DNA of 64,000 bases from Octopus sinensis. Its lineage: Eukaryota. Positions 39,322 through 51,729 of the stretch are shown piece after piece. The notes under the pieces are model-generated. The model saw only the letters and a list, made by a program, of their open reading frames with translations. It was not told the DNA's origin and ran no database searches. The first letter of the stretch is position 1. Every line of letters begins with the position of its first letter. Made by a program: the position numbers and the translations under genes. Where the stretch lies: NCBI RefSeq assembly GCF_006345805.1, contig NC_043013.1, positions 49,972,001 through 50,036,000 on the forward strand, given 5' to 3'.

Positions 39322-39359
39322 TCTTTCTGTTGAAGAGCGTAGGCTCGAAACGTAAAAGA
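39322..39359 (+). ncRNA. Variant minimal hammerhead-like motif
   Basis: UCUUU-CUGUUGA-A-GAGC(GUAG)GCUC-GAAA-CGUA-AAAGA; stems I and II pair, but the core has U in place of the conserved A and an extra A. Confidence 0.5.
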
Positions 39360-39456
39360 CTTGTTTTATTTATATTCCTGAGCGCCATACTAATACAATT
39401 GTGTGTTTGTATTCCACCTGCCTTCGTCTTTTGTTTATTTTCGTAAAGCTTCCCGT

Positions 39457-39604
39457 TCATCATCATCATCATCATCATTTAGCGTCCGTTTTCCATGCTA
39501 GCATGGGTTGGACGGTTCAACTGGGGTCTGTGAAGCTGGGAGGCTTCATCAGGCCCAGTCAGATTTGGCAGTGTTTCTACAGCTGGATGCCCTTCCTAAC
39601 GCCG

Positions 39605-39640
<36 letters not shown>

Positions 39641-40180
39641 CCCAATGCTGTGCTTTCTGGAAGAAAAGCCTTCACATAACTGAGATGCAATGTCAACCCC
39701 AAATTTTAAATAGTCACAGTCCTTTGGTGGCAGAGGCACCTAGTGGCTTTTTTACATAAACAATATATGAATTAACTATAGTTAGACATAATGCTGGAGA
39801 TATATGGATCACCATACCTTATATCAGGATTCCAGTAGTTCTACAGTTGAAGAAGCTGCTGAGCACCAAGGAAATTGTAGCTGTGATACCAGTGCCGGTG
39901 GCACGTAAGAGAACCATCCGAACGTGGCCATTGCCAGCGCCGCCCCGACTGGCCTCCGTGCCGGTGGCACGTAAAAAGCACCATCCGATCGTGGCCGTTT
40001 GCCAGCCACGTCTGGCACGTAAAAAGCACCCACTACATTCACGGAGTGGTTGGCGTTAGGAAGGGCATCCAGTCGTAGAAACACTGCCATATCAGACTGG
40101 GCCTGGTGCAGCCTTCTGGCTTCCCAGACCCCATGCTGGCATGGAAAGCGGACGCTAAACGATGATGATGATGATGATGA
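39457..40180. mobile_element. Two RTE 3'-tail copies in opposite orientation (39457-39605 minus, about 39790-40180 plus)
   Basis: (CAT)n start and (GAT)n end. Confidence 0.85.
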
Positions 40181-40685
40181 TAGTAAAAAAAGCTCACATT
40201 TCTGCAGTGTCAGTTAGCTGACATAGTAGATAGGGCCTTCCACAAATGAAATTATACATTGAGCATTTGTTTCCTTCGTGACAGTTTCAAAAAAACTTTC
40301 CGGTAAAAATAAAAATAAAAATAAAAATAAAAATAAATAGTCCACCTGGACTGTATTTTGGACTAGTCTTTTCTGTGAAATTGGGAATTCTGGTTGATGT
40401 AGTAATCTTCAACCATGTTGCTGTGATGTTTTCTGTGTCATTTTCATCACTTTCATTATCAAGATCTTCCTCGTCCGACGAAGATTCATAAATGTCTATA
40501 TGATTCATTTGAAGACTAATTACTGTCATTTTCATTTATATTTTTTTGTACATCGTCAAGAGTAAAACCCTCAAAGTCGGAATCACTACTTGTTGATGTC
40601 ACATCGTTAGAAACTCAGATATACACTTCTCTTCAAAATTAAAAAAAAAACAAGAAGTCTCTAAAATTTCACCATATTTTTACAT

Positions 40686-41078
40686 AGGCGCAGGAGTGGC
40701 TGTGTGGTAAGTAGCTTGCTAACCAACCACATGGTTCCGGGTTCAGTCCCACTGCGTGGCATCTTGGGCAAGTGTCTTCTGCTATAGCCCCGAGCCGACC
40801 AATGCCTTGTGAGTGGATTTGGTAGACGGAAACTGAAAGAAGCCTGTCGTATATATGTATATGTATGTATGTGTTTGTGTGTCTGTGTTTGTCCCCCTAG
40901 CATTGCTTGACAACCGATGCTGGTGTGTTTACGTCCCCGTCACTTAGCGGTTCGGCAAAAGAGACCGATCGAATAAGTACTGGGCTTACAAAGAATAAGT
41001 CCCAGGGTTGATTTGCTCGACTAAAGGCGGTGCTCCAGCATGGCCACAGTCAAATGACTGAAACATGTAAAAGAGTAT
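40686..41078 (+). mobile_element. tRNA-derived SINE family 1, full length
   Basis: A-box-like TGGCTGTGTGG, B-box-like GGTTCAGTCCC, tail atgactgaaacatgtaaaagag. Confidence 0.88.
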
Positions 41079-41369
41079 ATTTTTACTTGAATAAAGGCAG
41101 GAAGGGCTTTATCTCGCATTATCTCAAAGCTACAAGAATTCAATAATGTGATTTGTTTAATTTTTTTAGTGATTTCATAAAGAAATCAGATACATCCGGA
41201 TTTGGCTGATTCAGACAAATAAAAGGGAAGCATTTTTGGCCAGTTATGGCCAGTCTAAACACTAAAGGGTTAAAAAATATCCTTGGCAAGGGTTTCAAAA
41301 GGGTATTAGCTCTAGATAAGAAGTTCCAACTGTCTGATAGGTATCCCTTGGATTTTGCTAATGCTTTAA

Positions 41370-41590
41370 CCCTTTTGTTACTGTATTTGTTTTGAGATGC
41401 TCTGTGTTTCTTTCAATTAATTTTAAATATAACAAAGAATTTAGTTAAATAACTTCGTTATCATTAAGCTAGTGTTAGGAACATAAATTATGACTAAGGT
41501 TTGGTGGAAGGTTTTAATTCAGAACTTATGAAAACAAGACATTTGTACTCAGAGCCAGAGCCGGTTTCAGCCGGGTTGGTAATGAAAGGG
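41370..41590. mobile_element. TTAA-flanked MITE (piggyBac-like ends)
   Basis: TTAA|CCCTTTTG...GAAAGGG|TCAA; further copies at 52660-52891 and 58387-58610. Confidence 0.75.
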
Positions 41591-41783
41591 TCAATGTAGA
41601 CAAATTACAATGAGTCATCCTTGTTGTACTTAGAGTTTTCACTGGGTTTGCATGAGTCGCCCAGTTTTGAGTAATTGGCTTCTTGGATCACAAATTCATC
41701 ATCTGTACAGTCGGCTAGACTAAGCTGTTTTTGTGTAGCTGACTTGGCATAAAAAAATTTCAAGTCCCAGATTAACAAACCTC

Positions 41784-42065
41784 ATCATCATCATCATCAT
41801 CATTGTTTAACGTCCGTTCTCCATGCTAGCATGGGTTGGACGGTTCGACCAGGGATCTGGGAAGCCAGAAGGCTGCACCAGGCTCCAGTCTGATCTGGCA
41901 ATGTTTCTACAGCTGGATGCCCTTCCTAACGCCAACCACTCCGTGAGTGTAGTGGGTGCTTTTTACTTGCCACCTGCACTGGTGCCAGGCGAGGCTGGCA
42001 TCGGCCACGGTCGGATTGGTGCATTTTACGTGCCACCGGCACGGAAGCCAGTCGAGGTGGCACTG
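41784..42065 (-). mobile_element. RTE 3'-tail copy
   Basis: (CAT)n start, family motifs. Confidence 0.85.
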
Positions 42066-42554
42066 TTAAATACTAATTGTTAGTGATGGGGGCCATCACT
42101 AACAACATTGCAGGTCTCACTAAAGAGAAAATTTACCTTTTAGCTTTAGGAAAGAAGTAATGATAGAGAATTGTAGAGTAGCGGAAGAGCTAGTAAGTCA
42201 ATTACAAGAGACACATAGAGAAGTGGCATTGCAAGTGATGTAACACATGAACAAGGACTATGAATAGCTGTGTCTGCACATGCGAACTACATCGTTCATA
42301 TCATAGTGTCCTTAGTCTAAAATTCCAAGATATACAAAAAATTTGGAAATCAGGGTACATACAGGATAGGCAAATATATGCTAGTGCCGCCTCGACTGAA
42401 GCAAGTCTGAAGCAAGTAACAGAAGATAAAGTCTACCATGTCTACCAGAAAGCTGTTTTTAAATGACTCTTGTTTGCTCTAAAAGATTCTCAGTACTTAG
42501 ATGAGAGAAGAGAGTGATGATCAGAGATGCAAGTTGCTCTGATCCTATCTTACT

Positions 42555-42965
42555 CTCTTTTACTCTCTTTTACTCTTTTACTTGTTTCAGTCATTTGACT
42601 GTGGCCATGCTGGAGCACCACATTTTTTTAGTCGAGCAAATCGACCCCAGGACTTATTCTTTGTAAGCCTAGTACTTAATCTATCAGTCTCTTTTGCCGA
42701 ACCGCTAAGTTATGGGGATGTAAACACACCAGCATCGGTTGTCAAGCAATGTTGGGGGGACAAACACAGAAACACAAACATATACACATACACATACATA
42801 TACATATATATACATATATATGATGGGCTTCTTTCAGTTTCTGTCTACCAAATCCACTCAGAAGGCTTTGGTTGGCCTGGGGCTATAGTAGAAGACACTT
42901 GCCCAAGAACCCGGAACCATGTGGTTGGTAAGCAAGCTACTTACCACACAGCCACTCCTACGCCT
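42555..42965 (-). mobile_element. tRNA-derived SINE family 1
   Basis: Reverse complement of the 40686 copy. Confidence 0.85.
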
Positions 42966-43045
42966 TGGAACTAATTTTTTAATAATATCTTCACTTAATT
43001 ATTGTGTTTTTTCCATACTTATATGTAATACTTTTTTGTTTCCAG

Positions 43046-43180
43046 ATTTTGGATGAAACTGGCCTTACAATGTCTGGAACATCTGAGAGCAACAAGAGTG
43101 GAATTGGTGTATATAAACCTTCACCAGCAGATGTTTGTAACTTTGTAATTCAATGTAAAGATGCCTGCACAACAATCCAA
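43046..43180 (+). CDS. Exon E (ILDETG...CTTIQ)
   Basis: Acceptor tttccag, donor CAA|GTAAGT; 135 nt, phase 0-0. Confidence 0.85.
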
Positions 43181-43323
43181 GTAAGTTATTTTAAAACTTA
43201 GGAAACTCTATCCAAATCATTGCAACAGAGTGTACTCCAGTAGAAGCATATGTGGGATAAGCGGTGATGTCAAACGAAGAGACGGATAAAACTATCAGTC
43301 AGAAACATGTACAATTACACTGA

Positions 43324-43612
43324 ATCATCGTTTATTGCTTAACGTCCGTTCTCCATGCTAGCATGGGTTGGACGGTTTGACCAGGGATCTGGGAAGCCAG
43401 AAAGGCTGCACCAGGCTCCAGTCTGATCTGGCAGTGTTTCTACAGCTGGATGCCCTTCCTAACGCCAACCACTCCGTGAGTGTAGTGGGTGCTTTTTACG
43501 TGCCAGCGGCACAGGTGCCAGGCGAGGCTGGCAACGGCCATGATCGGATTGGTGCATTTTACGTGCCACCGGCACGGAAGCCAGTCGAGGCGGCACTGGC
43601 ATCGGCCACGAT
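43324..43612 (-). mobile_element. RTE 3'-tail copy
   Basis: Family motifs. Confidence 0.85.
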
Positions 43613-43823
43613 TCGAAGGGCTTCAATATTGTTTCTGTCTTCTCAGTTTCACTTCAAGTGGAATAGAACCTGGAGCTAAGTTCAACTCTTGATTGGAAAT
43701 AGATAGGCTCAGGTGTTAGGCACAATTAGATAACAAAACACTTGGTAGTACTCCATACGGCTAATTGTTGTTGTATTTATGTGATTATCAGTATGGGTTC
43801 GTTTCTGATTAAGTTGCAGTATA

Positions 43824-43913
43824 TGATCACCTGGAAATATCTTCAGGTGTGATAATTAACCAAAATGTTAATTTTGGTTAAATATTACATCTGAAGATAT
43901 TTCCAGGTAATCA
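43824..43913 (+). other. Near-perfect 90-nt hairpin in intron E-F
   Basis: Arms 43829-43866 and 43871-43908, loop GTTA; 35 of 38 Watson-Crick, two G-U, one A-A. Confidence 0.85.
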
Positions 43914-44451
43914 CAAACATTTCACACACGGAATATCATATGACAAAGGCTTGATTTTTCTCTTTAGGACTTGAAAATACTTCAGCTCAGAGAGATGCTA
44001 ACTCTGAATAAAGTACAAGTGTGCCCTACACTAACAACAGAACCATCACACATTTTCTGCACATAATGGAAAGTAATGCCATGTGCAAATAGAGTAACTT
44101 TTTTTTTCACAGTAAATGTTCCAATCAGTGGCTCACTATTGAATTTTACTTTCTTTTTCACATCTCATATATAATCCTTAGTTTCTATTGCAGCTATGTC
44201 TTGCCTACCATACAAACTTAGCTCCTGTCTTTAAAACCACATTGCGAAACTTCTAGTGTAAAAGTCAAGATGTCAATGATTCAAATTTTATAAATCAGCT
44301 TGAAATACTAGTCTTGGCCATTTCACTTACTCATGAATGCTCTTTACTTATCGATCTGAGGCCCTAAGCTTAGGTAAGAAATCAATATGGTAGCTGAACT
44401 TTGGTTTTAAGCCAAAATTGTAATTTATGCTTTGACTTCTGTTATTTCCAG

Positions 44452-44609
44452 AATAATTTAATTGAAAATGCTCTCTGCCATCATTATGCTGTGAAGAATT
44501 TAAAAAGCATTGGCCATGGTACTGTCCAGCACATAGTTGATTTAGCCTGTAAAAGAACGTATCCAGCCTCACATGTCTTTTATGAAGCTGCTCTCTGTTC
44601 TCTGGAAAG
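44452..44609 (+). CDS. Exon F (NNLIENALCHHYAVKNLKSIGHG...LER)
   Basis: Acceptor tttccag, donor AG|GTAAAC; phase 0 in, 2 out. Confidence 0.85.
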
Positions 44610-44671
44610 GTAAACATTTTACTGTCCTTCTTACATCATTACTTTAAGTTCTTCTTTATTATATTTGTTAT

Positions 44672-45063
44672 CTCTTCTCTCTTTTTACTTGTTTCAGTCA
44701 TTTGACTGCGGCCATGCTGGAGCACCGCCTTTAGTCGAGCACATCGACCCCGGGACTTATTCTTTGTAAGCCCAGTACTTATTCTATTGGTCTCTTTTGC
44801 CGAACCGCTAAGTGACAGGGACGTAAACACACCAGCATCGGTTGTCAAGCAATGCTAGGGGGACAAACACACACACACATACACACATATATATATACAT
44901 ATATACGACAGGCTTCTTTCAGTTTCCGTCTACCAAATCCACTCACAAGGCATTGGTCGGCCCGGGGCTATAGCAGAAGACACTTGCCCAAGATGCCACG
45001 CAGTGGGACTAAACCCGCAACCATGTGGTTGGTTAGCAAGCTACTTACCACACAGCCACTCCT
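44672..45063 (-). mobile_element. tRNA-derived SINE family 1
   Basis: Reverse complement of the 40686 copy. Confidence 0.87.
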
Positions 45064-45433
45064 GTTTTATATATAAAAAAAATTCTCCTACAAATTCTAC
45101 AATATCTGAAGTCAGATAATGCCCACTTTTTAACTATTCAGAATGAAAGAAGGACTTTAAGCATCTGACATTTCATTGAGCTTACGGCTTACACACGATT
45201 TGACTTGCCCTTAGTTTACTGCACTAGATAGTATAAATGCCAAGGATTTTAACTTCTCCTGGCTCAGTCAATGGACTTGAATGTTCATCAGGCACATAGC
45301 AGAGTTCATGTACACCTAAAGGGCTGGTTCATGACAGAAGCTTTCACACAACATTCTTGTTTCAAGTTTTTGCACATACTTTAAAGAAAAGTCTGGAGTA
45401 ATATGAGCATCACAACTTCACATATGGTTTCAG

Positions 45434-45633
45434 ATCAATGAATTGCACCCTTGGCAAGGTTGGAATATTAGGCTACCAAAACCAAGAAACCGTTCTTGCA
45501 ACATTGCACAATTGCCCCTTACTAGAGGACATGTCGGCTTGGTCTCACTGGCCTTTGGTATTTGAACCGCAATTTGGAAAGCTGCTTGATTTTGTGCTCA
45601 AGAATGGTGGAGAAAAATATGTACAACTTGAAG
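45434..45633 (+). CDS. Exon G (SMNCTLG...CPLLEDMSAWSHWPLVFEPQFG...)
   Basis: Acceptor tttcag, donor GAAG|GTATGT; phase 2 in, 1 out. Confidence 0.88.
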
Positions 45634-46907
45634 GTATGTTTTCGACTTTTTTGTTATTCATTTCTGTTGTAGTTTAAACAAAAAGGCTGTTTGAATGAAT
45701 GTAATTGATGTAAATGTTTAAGCCAGTTTGATAATGTCAATAGCATATCGATAAAGATTTCATTTTGAGAATTTCTCAATGTTTGCTATTTATGTGTTAC
45801 TGAATAAATGAGACAACTTTGCAAATCTTTTTTCTCTAATGATAGCTTCATCGCAATAGTGTTGCCTCAATACTCTCCTTCTCCTCTTTTTGCTACTTGT
45901 TATGCTGAACACATAAATTACATCTCAGCTACACAAGTTTTATTTGTAATATTGTTTGCTTGTAAAAGTGTTTCATACAGAAAGAATCTGTAAAGGAACT
46001 GGTTGATTCTTTACACTGTTTGGGTGCAACACAATTTCCTTTCCTTTGTTTCCAGAAAATTACCAGTCAGGAACAAGAACGCAACCGTAAAAATATATAT
46101 GACTCTTTATTTTCTTATTTACAAAAGAAGCACGTTGGTATATTGGTATCCACTTGGTTCGATATAGCAAGGCTGAATTTTAACACTTGTAAGATAAACC
46201 TCACAACAAACTCAGCAGCAACAGAGCAGGTCAAATCCCAAGCGTCTGGGACAGGAGAATAGGCTGATCACACGTTTAACACGTCCTTTCTCTTCAATAG
46301 CCGTGTCTCAAGTCAACGACGCTAACAAGGAACGCGATAGAATTTTCTTCCCCAGTCTCTAGCGCATGTGCATGAGGGAACTTCCTTAGGCCTTTCCAGA
46401 AGGTTCCAGCCCTGCACACGCACACTGAAGAATGACGTCCCGCTCACGCACACTGGAAAATGATGTCACTACAAATCCCTTCAATCCAGAGTTAGCTCCG
46501 TTTTCTGTTTCACTCAGCATACATCCGTACATGCATGCATATATAGTGATGTTGTATTAAAATTTAGTTCCATTGAAAATTATGATACATATTTGAAAAA
46601 ATTACATTATCAATTATATTCTTAATGCATTTTCAGATGTGTTTTGTGATAACCATTCTACAATGGTTATCACAAAGCAAACAACAAGCAAAAACAAAAA
46701 AAAAAGCAAAAACATTGTGAAACAGAGATTTATGCTCTAGGCATTAAGTAAAAATAAGGATTGGTATTTTGTACTGATTTGAGAGTTGATGAGATTTGAT
46801 GATATATTAGGGTTACTCATGGTAGAGTAGTGATATTTAGAAATTGTTTGCTTTGTGAAAGAAGCAAATCTGACCTGGTAAATTTAGCGGGATAAATTTT
46901 TTTTTAA

Positions 46908-47232
46908 TCATCATCATCATTTAACGTCCGTTCTCCATGCTAGCATGGGTTGGACGGTTCGACCGGGGATCTGGGAAGCCAGAAGGCTGCACCAGACTCC
47001 AGTCTTATCTGGCAATATTTCTACAGCTGGATGCCCTTCCTAACGCTAACCACTCCGTGAGTGTAGTGGGTGCTTTTTACGTGCCACCGACACAGGTGCC
47101 AGGCGAGGCTGGTAACGGCCACGGTCGGATTGGTGCATTTTACGTGCCACCGGCACGGAAGCCAGTCGAGGCGGCACTGGCTTCGGCCACGATTCGGATG
47201 GTGCTTTTTACATGCCACTGGCACGGAAGCCT
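46908..47232 (-). mobile_element. RTE 3'-tail copy
   Basis: Family motifs. Confidence 0.85.
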
Positions 47233-47393
47233 GGATAAATCTCCTGGATAAATATGTTGAGCTGGTGAGTTGCTTCTAGTTCTTGTATGTACAACTTTTT
47301 CTTGGTCTGAAAATTCAGATGCCCCCATGAAAAAATGTTCACCAATGCACTAAAGCTAAAGAAATTCAAATATGTGTACATTATTTGTTACAG

Positions 47394-47648
47394 GTGGCAG
47401 AAAGTCAGTACGCACTGATTTTATGGTCCTTGAGACTGAACCCGGAAAATATTTAAAAATCATCAGTGAGACTTCTGTGGAAAAGTTCTCTGCTGCCTGT
47501 TCTACGAGTGATGTGATCAACACTTGTGGTCATCTGGTATCCCTCATTGTTCACAATAAAGGTCTGGCTATGACACCATTTGCCTACCTCTCTAATATCT
47601 TACAGACACAACTTTTCACATTGAATAATGATACTAACAGCAAACAAG
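47394..47648 (+). CDS. Exon H (GRKSVRTDF...CGHLVSLIV...SKQ)
   Basis: Acceptor ttacag, donor CAAG|GTAAGT; phase 1-1. Confidence 0.88.
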
Positions 47649-47693
47649 GTAAGTTGCTTTTTAATATTTTCTTTATTAAAATAGTGCAAGAAA

Positions 47694-47915
47694 GGCGGTG
47701 AGCTGGCAGACACGTTAGCACGCCGGGCGAAATGCTTAGCCGTATTTCGTCTGCCGTTACGTTCTGAGTCCAAATTCTGCCGAGGTCGACTTTGCCTTTC
47801 TTCCTTTCGGGGTTGATTAAATAAGTACCAGTTGCGCACTGGGTCGATGTAATCGACTTAATCCGTTTGTCTGCCCTTGTTTGTCCCCTTTGTGTGTAGT
47901 CCCTTGTGGGCAGTA
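47694..47915 (+). mobile_element. tRNA-derived SINE family 2
   Basis: ggcggtgagctggcaga..gttag head, gtccaaattc B-box-like, central gactttgcctttc..cctttcggggt.gat.aaataagtacc. Confidence 0.85.
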
Positions 47916-48465
47916 AAGAAATCATTATAGTGCAAGAAGATGAAAATGGATTATTTTCTCTTTCACTACGGCATTAGCCATAATAACACCACTCTTATCC
48001 TTTTCTTTGACTATTTCAATAATGGAAAAGAAAGTTATTAAAACGAGATCTTCTGTGCAAGCTTGAATATTTAATGATGAGTGTACACTAGTAACATTTA
48101 GAAAGAAAAGATATTTCCTGAGATAGCAGCTCTCAAAATGAAGAACTATGCAAAAAAAAACCCCCAAAAAAACAAGTCAGCTTGAAAGAGCAGATAGAGT
48201 ATAACTAGATTTTGTGTAAGGAAGTTTTATGGGGTTCATTAGATGGCTTTCATCGGAATGTGATCTATAACAGATTAATAATTGAAGAAGGCAGATGTTC
48301 TCAGATATGGGATCTGTTAAATAAAATGGAGTGAAACACAAAGTGTGAGTTTTATCTGCTTTTGTGTATAAATTTGTATGTGTATGTTTATGCTATAATA
48401 TATTTATTTTCAATTCATTCAGAAGAATTTCTTCTCTGATAATTGTTATTTTCTGATGTTTCTAG

Positions 48466-48557
48466 ATGATGAAAAATATACGGGTAACCCAGCGAAATTT
48501 GTGCTGGACTGCTTACTGCGTTTGCCCATTCAGATCTGTGTGTCTGTTGCAAATAAG
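48466..48557 (+). CDS. Exon I (DDEKYTGNPAKFVLDCLLRLPIQICVSVANK), absent from ORF track
   Basis: Acceptor tttctag, donor AAG|GTAAGT; 92 nt bridges phase 1 to phase 0 exactly as required. Confidence 0.85.
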
Positions 48558-49202
48558 GTAAGTCCTTTTTTTATGTTGCGCCCTTATAGGTCTTTCTCCT
48601 TTCCCAAATAAAACATATTCATTCTGGTTCCAATGAGGTAAACTGGACAGAACAATGCTCATCACTAAGTATTGTTTTGTTTTCTTTATTGAAACACTTA
48701 TTAGCCAGTGAATTTAATTATATAATTTGTGTTCTTTTCTCATTTATTATCAGCACTTTACCTTGAACCTCTTTTGAAATCTCTGTGGGTCTGGATGTGA
48801 GGATTACTACTCATGGAGATTGGTGATTATGAGCGTATTGAATTTCAACATAGTTATTTATCCTGCAATGGTAAAGCAGAAATATAAAGTATGTACTTAT
48901 ACGTACATACATCAATTAACTACACTACCAGTTCTTACTGAATGTAAGATAAGATCGTGTATATGCTCAAAATGAGAATACATGTATATGATAAGAACAC
49001 AATGTATAGAGGGATGTTCCCTAAATAAGAACTTATGTGTCTAACTACTTAAAGATTGTAGCCTTCACCTAGTTAGATTTCATTCAGGTTGGTGGTCAGA
49101 ATCCTTCAAATCTCTCCAGTTTTAAAATAATGCATTATAAAAAAAAACTTTGGGTCATAGTCACTCAATAGATAAAACTCATACTTGAATGGGTAATACT
49201 TA

Positions 49203-49424
49203 TTTCTTTACTACCCACAAGGGGCTAAACACAGAGGGAACAGATAAAGTGATTAAGTCGATTATATCAATCCCAGTGCGTAACTGGTACTTATTTAATC
49301 GACCCCGTAAGGATGAAAGGCAAAGTTGACCTCGGCGGAATTTGAACTCACAATGTAACAGCAGACGAAATACCGCTAAGTATTTCGCCCGGCATGCTAA
49401 CGTTTCTGCCAGCTCGCCGCCTTA
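49203..49424 (-). mobile_element. tRNA-derived SINE family 2
   Basis: Reverse complement of the 47694 copy. Confidence 0.83.
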
Positions 49425-49734
49425 GGAATGGGTAATATCATTGAGCTTTAGTCCAATGGAGGAATTGTAAACAGCAAACCATTAGACCAAATACATAAAA
49501 TACTTGCTCTAATTTCGAAAACATAGCTGCATGAAGAAATAGACAGAAAAAAGATGAGTACAGCTTCAGTGTGAGATCCACCTCTCCCGGTTCCATCAAC
49601 TTCTTGATAGCAAATCAGGAGCCAATTAATTATGAACCAAATGAATATTCCCAGATTAAATGATGACCTGCTTTAGACAGTGTTTATGGACTATACTCCT
49701 GGTCAGATATGTTTCCCTAGAAAAGTGTACAGAT

Positions 49735-49889
49735 GAGTGGCTGCGTGGTAAGTAGCTTGCTAACCAACCACATGGTTCCGGGTTCAGTCCCACTTCGTGG
49801 CATCTTGGGCAAGTGTCTTCTGCTATAGCCCTGGGCCGACCAATGCTTTGTGAGTGGATTTGGTAGACGGAAACTGAAAGAAGCCCGTC

Positions 49890-49929
<40 letters not shown>

Positions 49930-50145
49930 ATGTGTGTGTATATGTTTGTATGTCTGTGTTTGTCCCCCTAGCATTGCTTGACAACCGATGCTGGTGTGTT
50001 TACGTCCCCGTCACTTAGCGGTTTGGCAAAAGAGACCGATAGAATAAGTACTGGGCTTACAAAGAATAAGTCCTGGGGTCGATTTGCTCGACTAAAGGTG
50101 GTGCTCCAGCATGGCCGCAGTCAAATGACTGAAACAGTAAAAGAA
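49735..50145 (+). mobile_element. tRNA-derived SINE family 1
   Basis: Matches the 40686 copy. Confidence 0.87.
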
Positions 50146-50273
50146 ATTGTAGTATGATAGTAATTCTGCTCTGTGTGTCAACTTGTAGTGAATAATATTA
50201 ATTCAGTCTTAATCTTTTTTTTGAAGAAACCATAAATGTTCATTAGTAATTCTGTTTTCTTTTGTTTTGAAAG

Positions 50274-50504
50274 ATGTTCCTGGAGCCACTTGGGAAAGTT
50301 CTTGGCTTAACAGAATCTAAGCTTGTTCTCTGGAAGAACTGCCAAAATATACAGGAAACCAACCGTCTTGAGACTTTGGGGTGTTTACTTGGCATTGCTG
50401 ACTGGGTTGGCACTTTAAATAAAATGAAAGGTTCTTTCATAACATCTGAAATTGAAACTATAGCTGAAATGGAAGATGACCAGCAAACGGACAAGGAATC
50501 TGAG
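50274..50504 (+). CDS. Exon J (MFLEPLGKVLG...LGCLLGIADW...ESE)
   Basis: Acceptor ttgaaag, donor GAG|GTATGT; phase 0-0. Confidence 0.85.
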
Positions 50505-51039
50505 GTATGTTCCTGGAATATTTTTCCACTTGAATTGGATTTGCAGCAGAAAAAGCTGACTTGCAGTGGTGGTGGTGGTGGTGGGGGGGGGGTTGAAATT
50601 TCCTAAGAAATTACTTGGACTACTTAGGGAAATTATACAGAGAAGTGTTCTGCATGAAAAATATAATGTTAATTATGAGCCAACATAATGGGGAGAGAGA
50701 AAAAAATCATTAGGTTTAATGATTAATACTGATCACAAAGAGGAAAAGGAGCAGTTCTTAAATCCAAATTAAATGGTGTGGGTAAATGAAAAAAATGAGT
50801 GAGTCTGATCTTCAGTAAGTACAATGATAACTTTGGACATGTTTATGTTCCTAACACTAGCTGAATGATAACTAAAACGTAATTGAAAGAAACATAGAAC
50901 ATCTCAAAATAAATACAGTAACGAAAGGGTTAATTCATATCCTGTGGATTGTGTTCCATTATCTGAAGCTAACTTACCTGGAGCACCATATCAAACAAAT
51001 AACTCAAGTAGGAATCTTATTGTTGTCTTTGCTCATCTA

Positions 51040-51360
51040 TCCCTAGTTTCCGCATTGACCACCAGATTGGGGGACTCTGCCAAAGGCTTTGTCCATGTCA
51101 ACATAAGCTAAGTACAGAGGTTTATCTTTGGCTAGGTATTTCTCCTGCAGTTGCTGTACCAGAAATATTGCATCAGTAGTGCTTCTACCTGGCACAAAAC
51201 CAAACTGCATCTCATCTAGGCTAACTCTCTCTACCTTACTTCCTTGATGCAGCATAAATCTACACGTTTCCCTTCAAGCATCTCAACAATCTCACCAGAC
51301 CTACTTTTCAATGTGCCAACTCTGAGGGTGTGGATGGTGTGGAATAGTGAGACCCTGGGC
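51040..51360 (-). mobile_element. RTE RT fragment
   Basis: QFGFVPGRSTTDAIFLVQQLQEKYLAK...LAYVDMDKAFGRVP. Confidence 0.85.
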
Positions 51361-51729
51361 TAGTAATAATAATAATGAGATAGAATTGAGCATTTGCATT
51401 CTTAACTGGAGCTATAGCTAACAGTTTTTGGTCAGTCAGACTGTAACAAAATTAGATAAATGAATGAATAACAATAATAAATGAGCATGAAAGAGAGGGA
51501 GAAGGGAGAAAGAGGGAGAGTTGGATTGAGGGTAAGGATTTAAAATTTTTCTCTAAACATACAGCATGGAAGACGAAATTGTGTTTACATAGAGAGATAA
51601 TGAAATGAAATACTAAAGTAATTATGATTTGTGCTGTAAAAGAGGTTTTAGATGAGTGCTAGGTTGGAAAACAAAGTTGCTTATCTGAGCATCTTCTGTC
51701 TTCTACTCTGTGTGTCTTCTTGTCTTGAG

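Noticed and set aside
40686-40760. tRNA gene candidates at SINE heads
   Set aside because: A/B-box-like motifs are followed by SINE bodies in many copies, and no full cloverleaf is evident.
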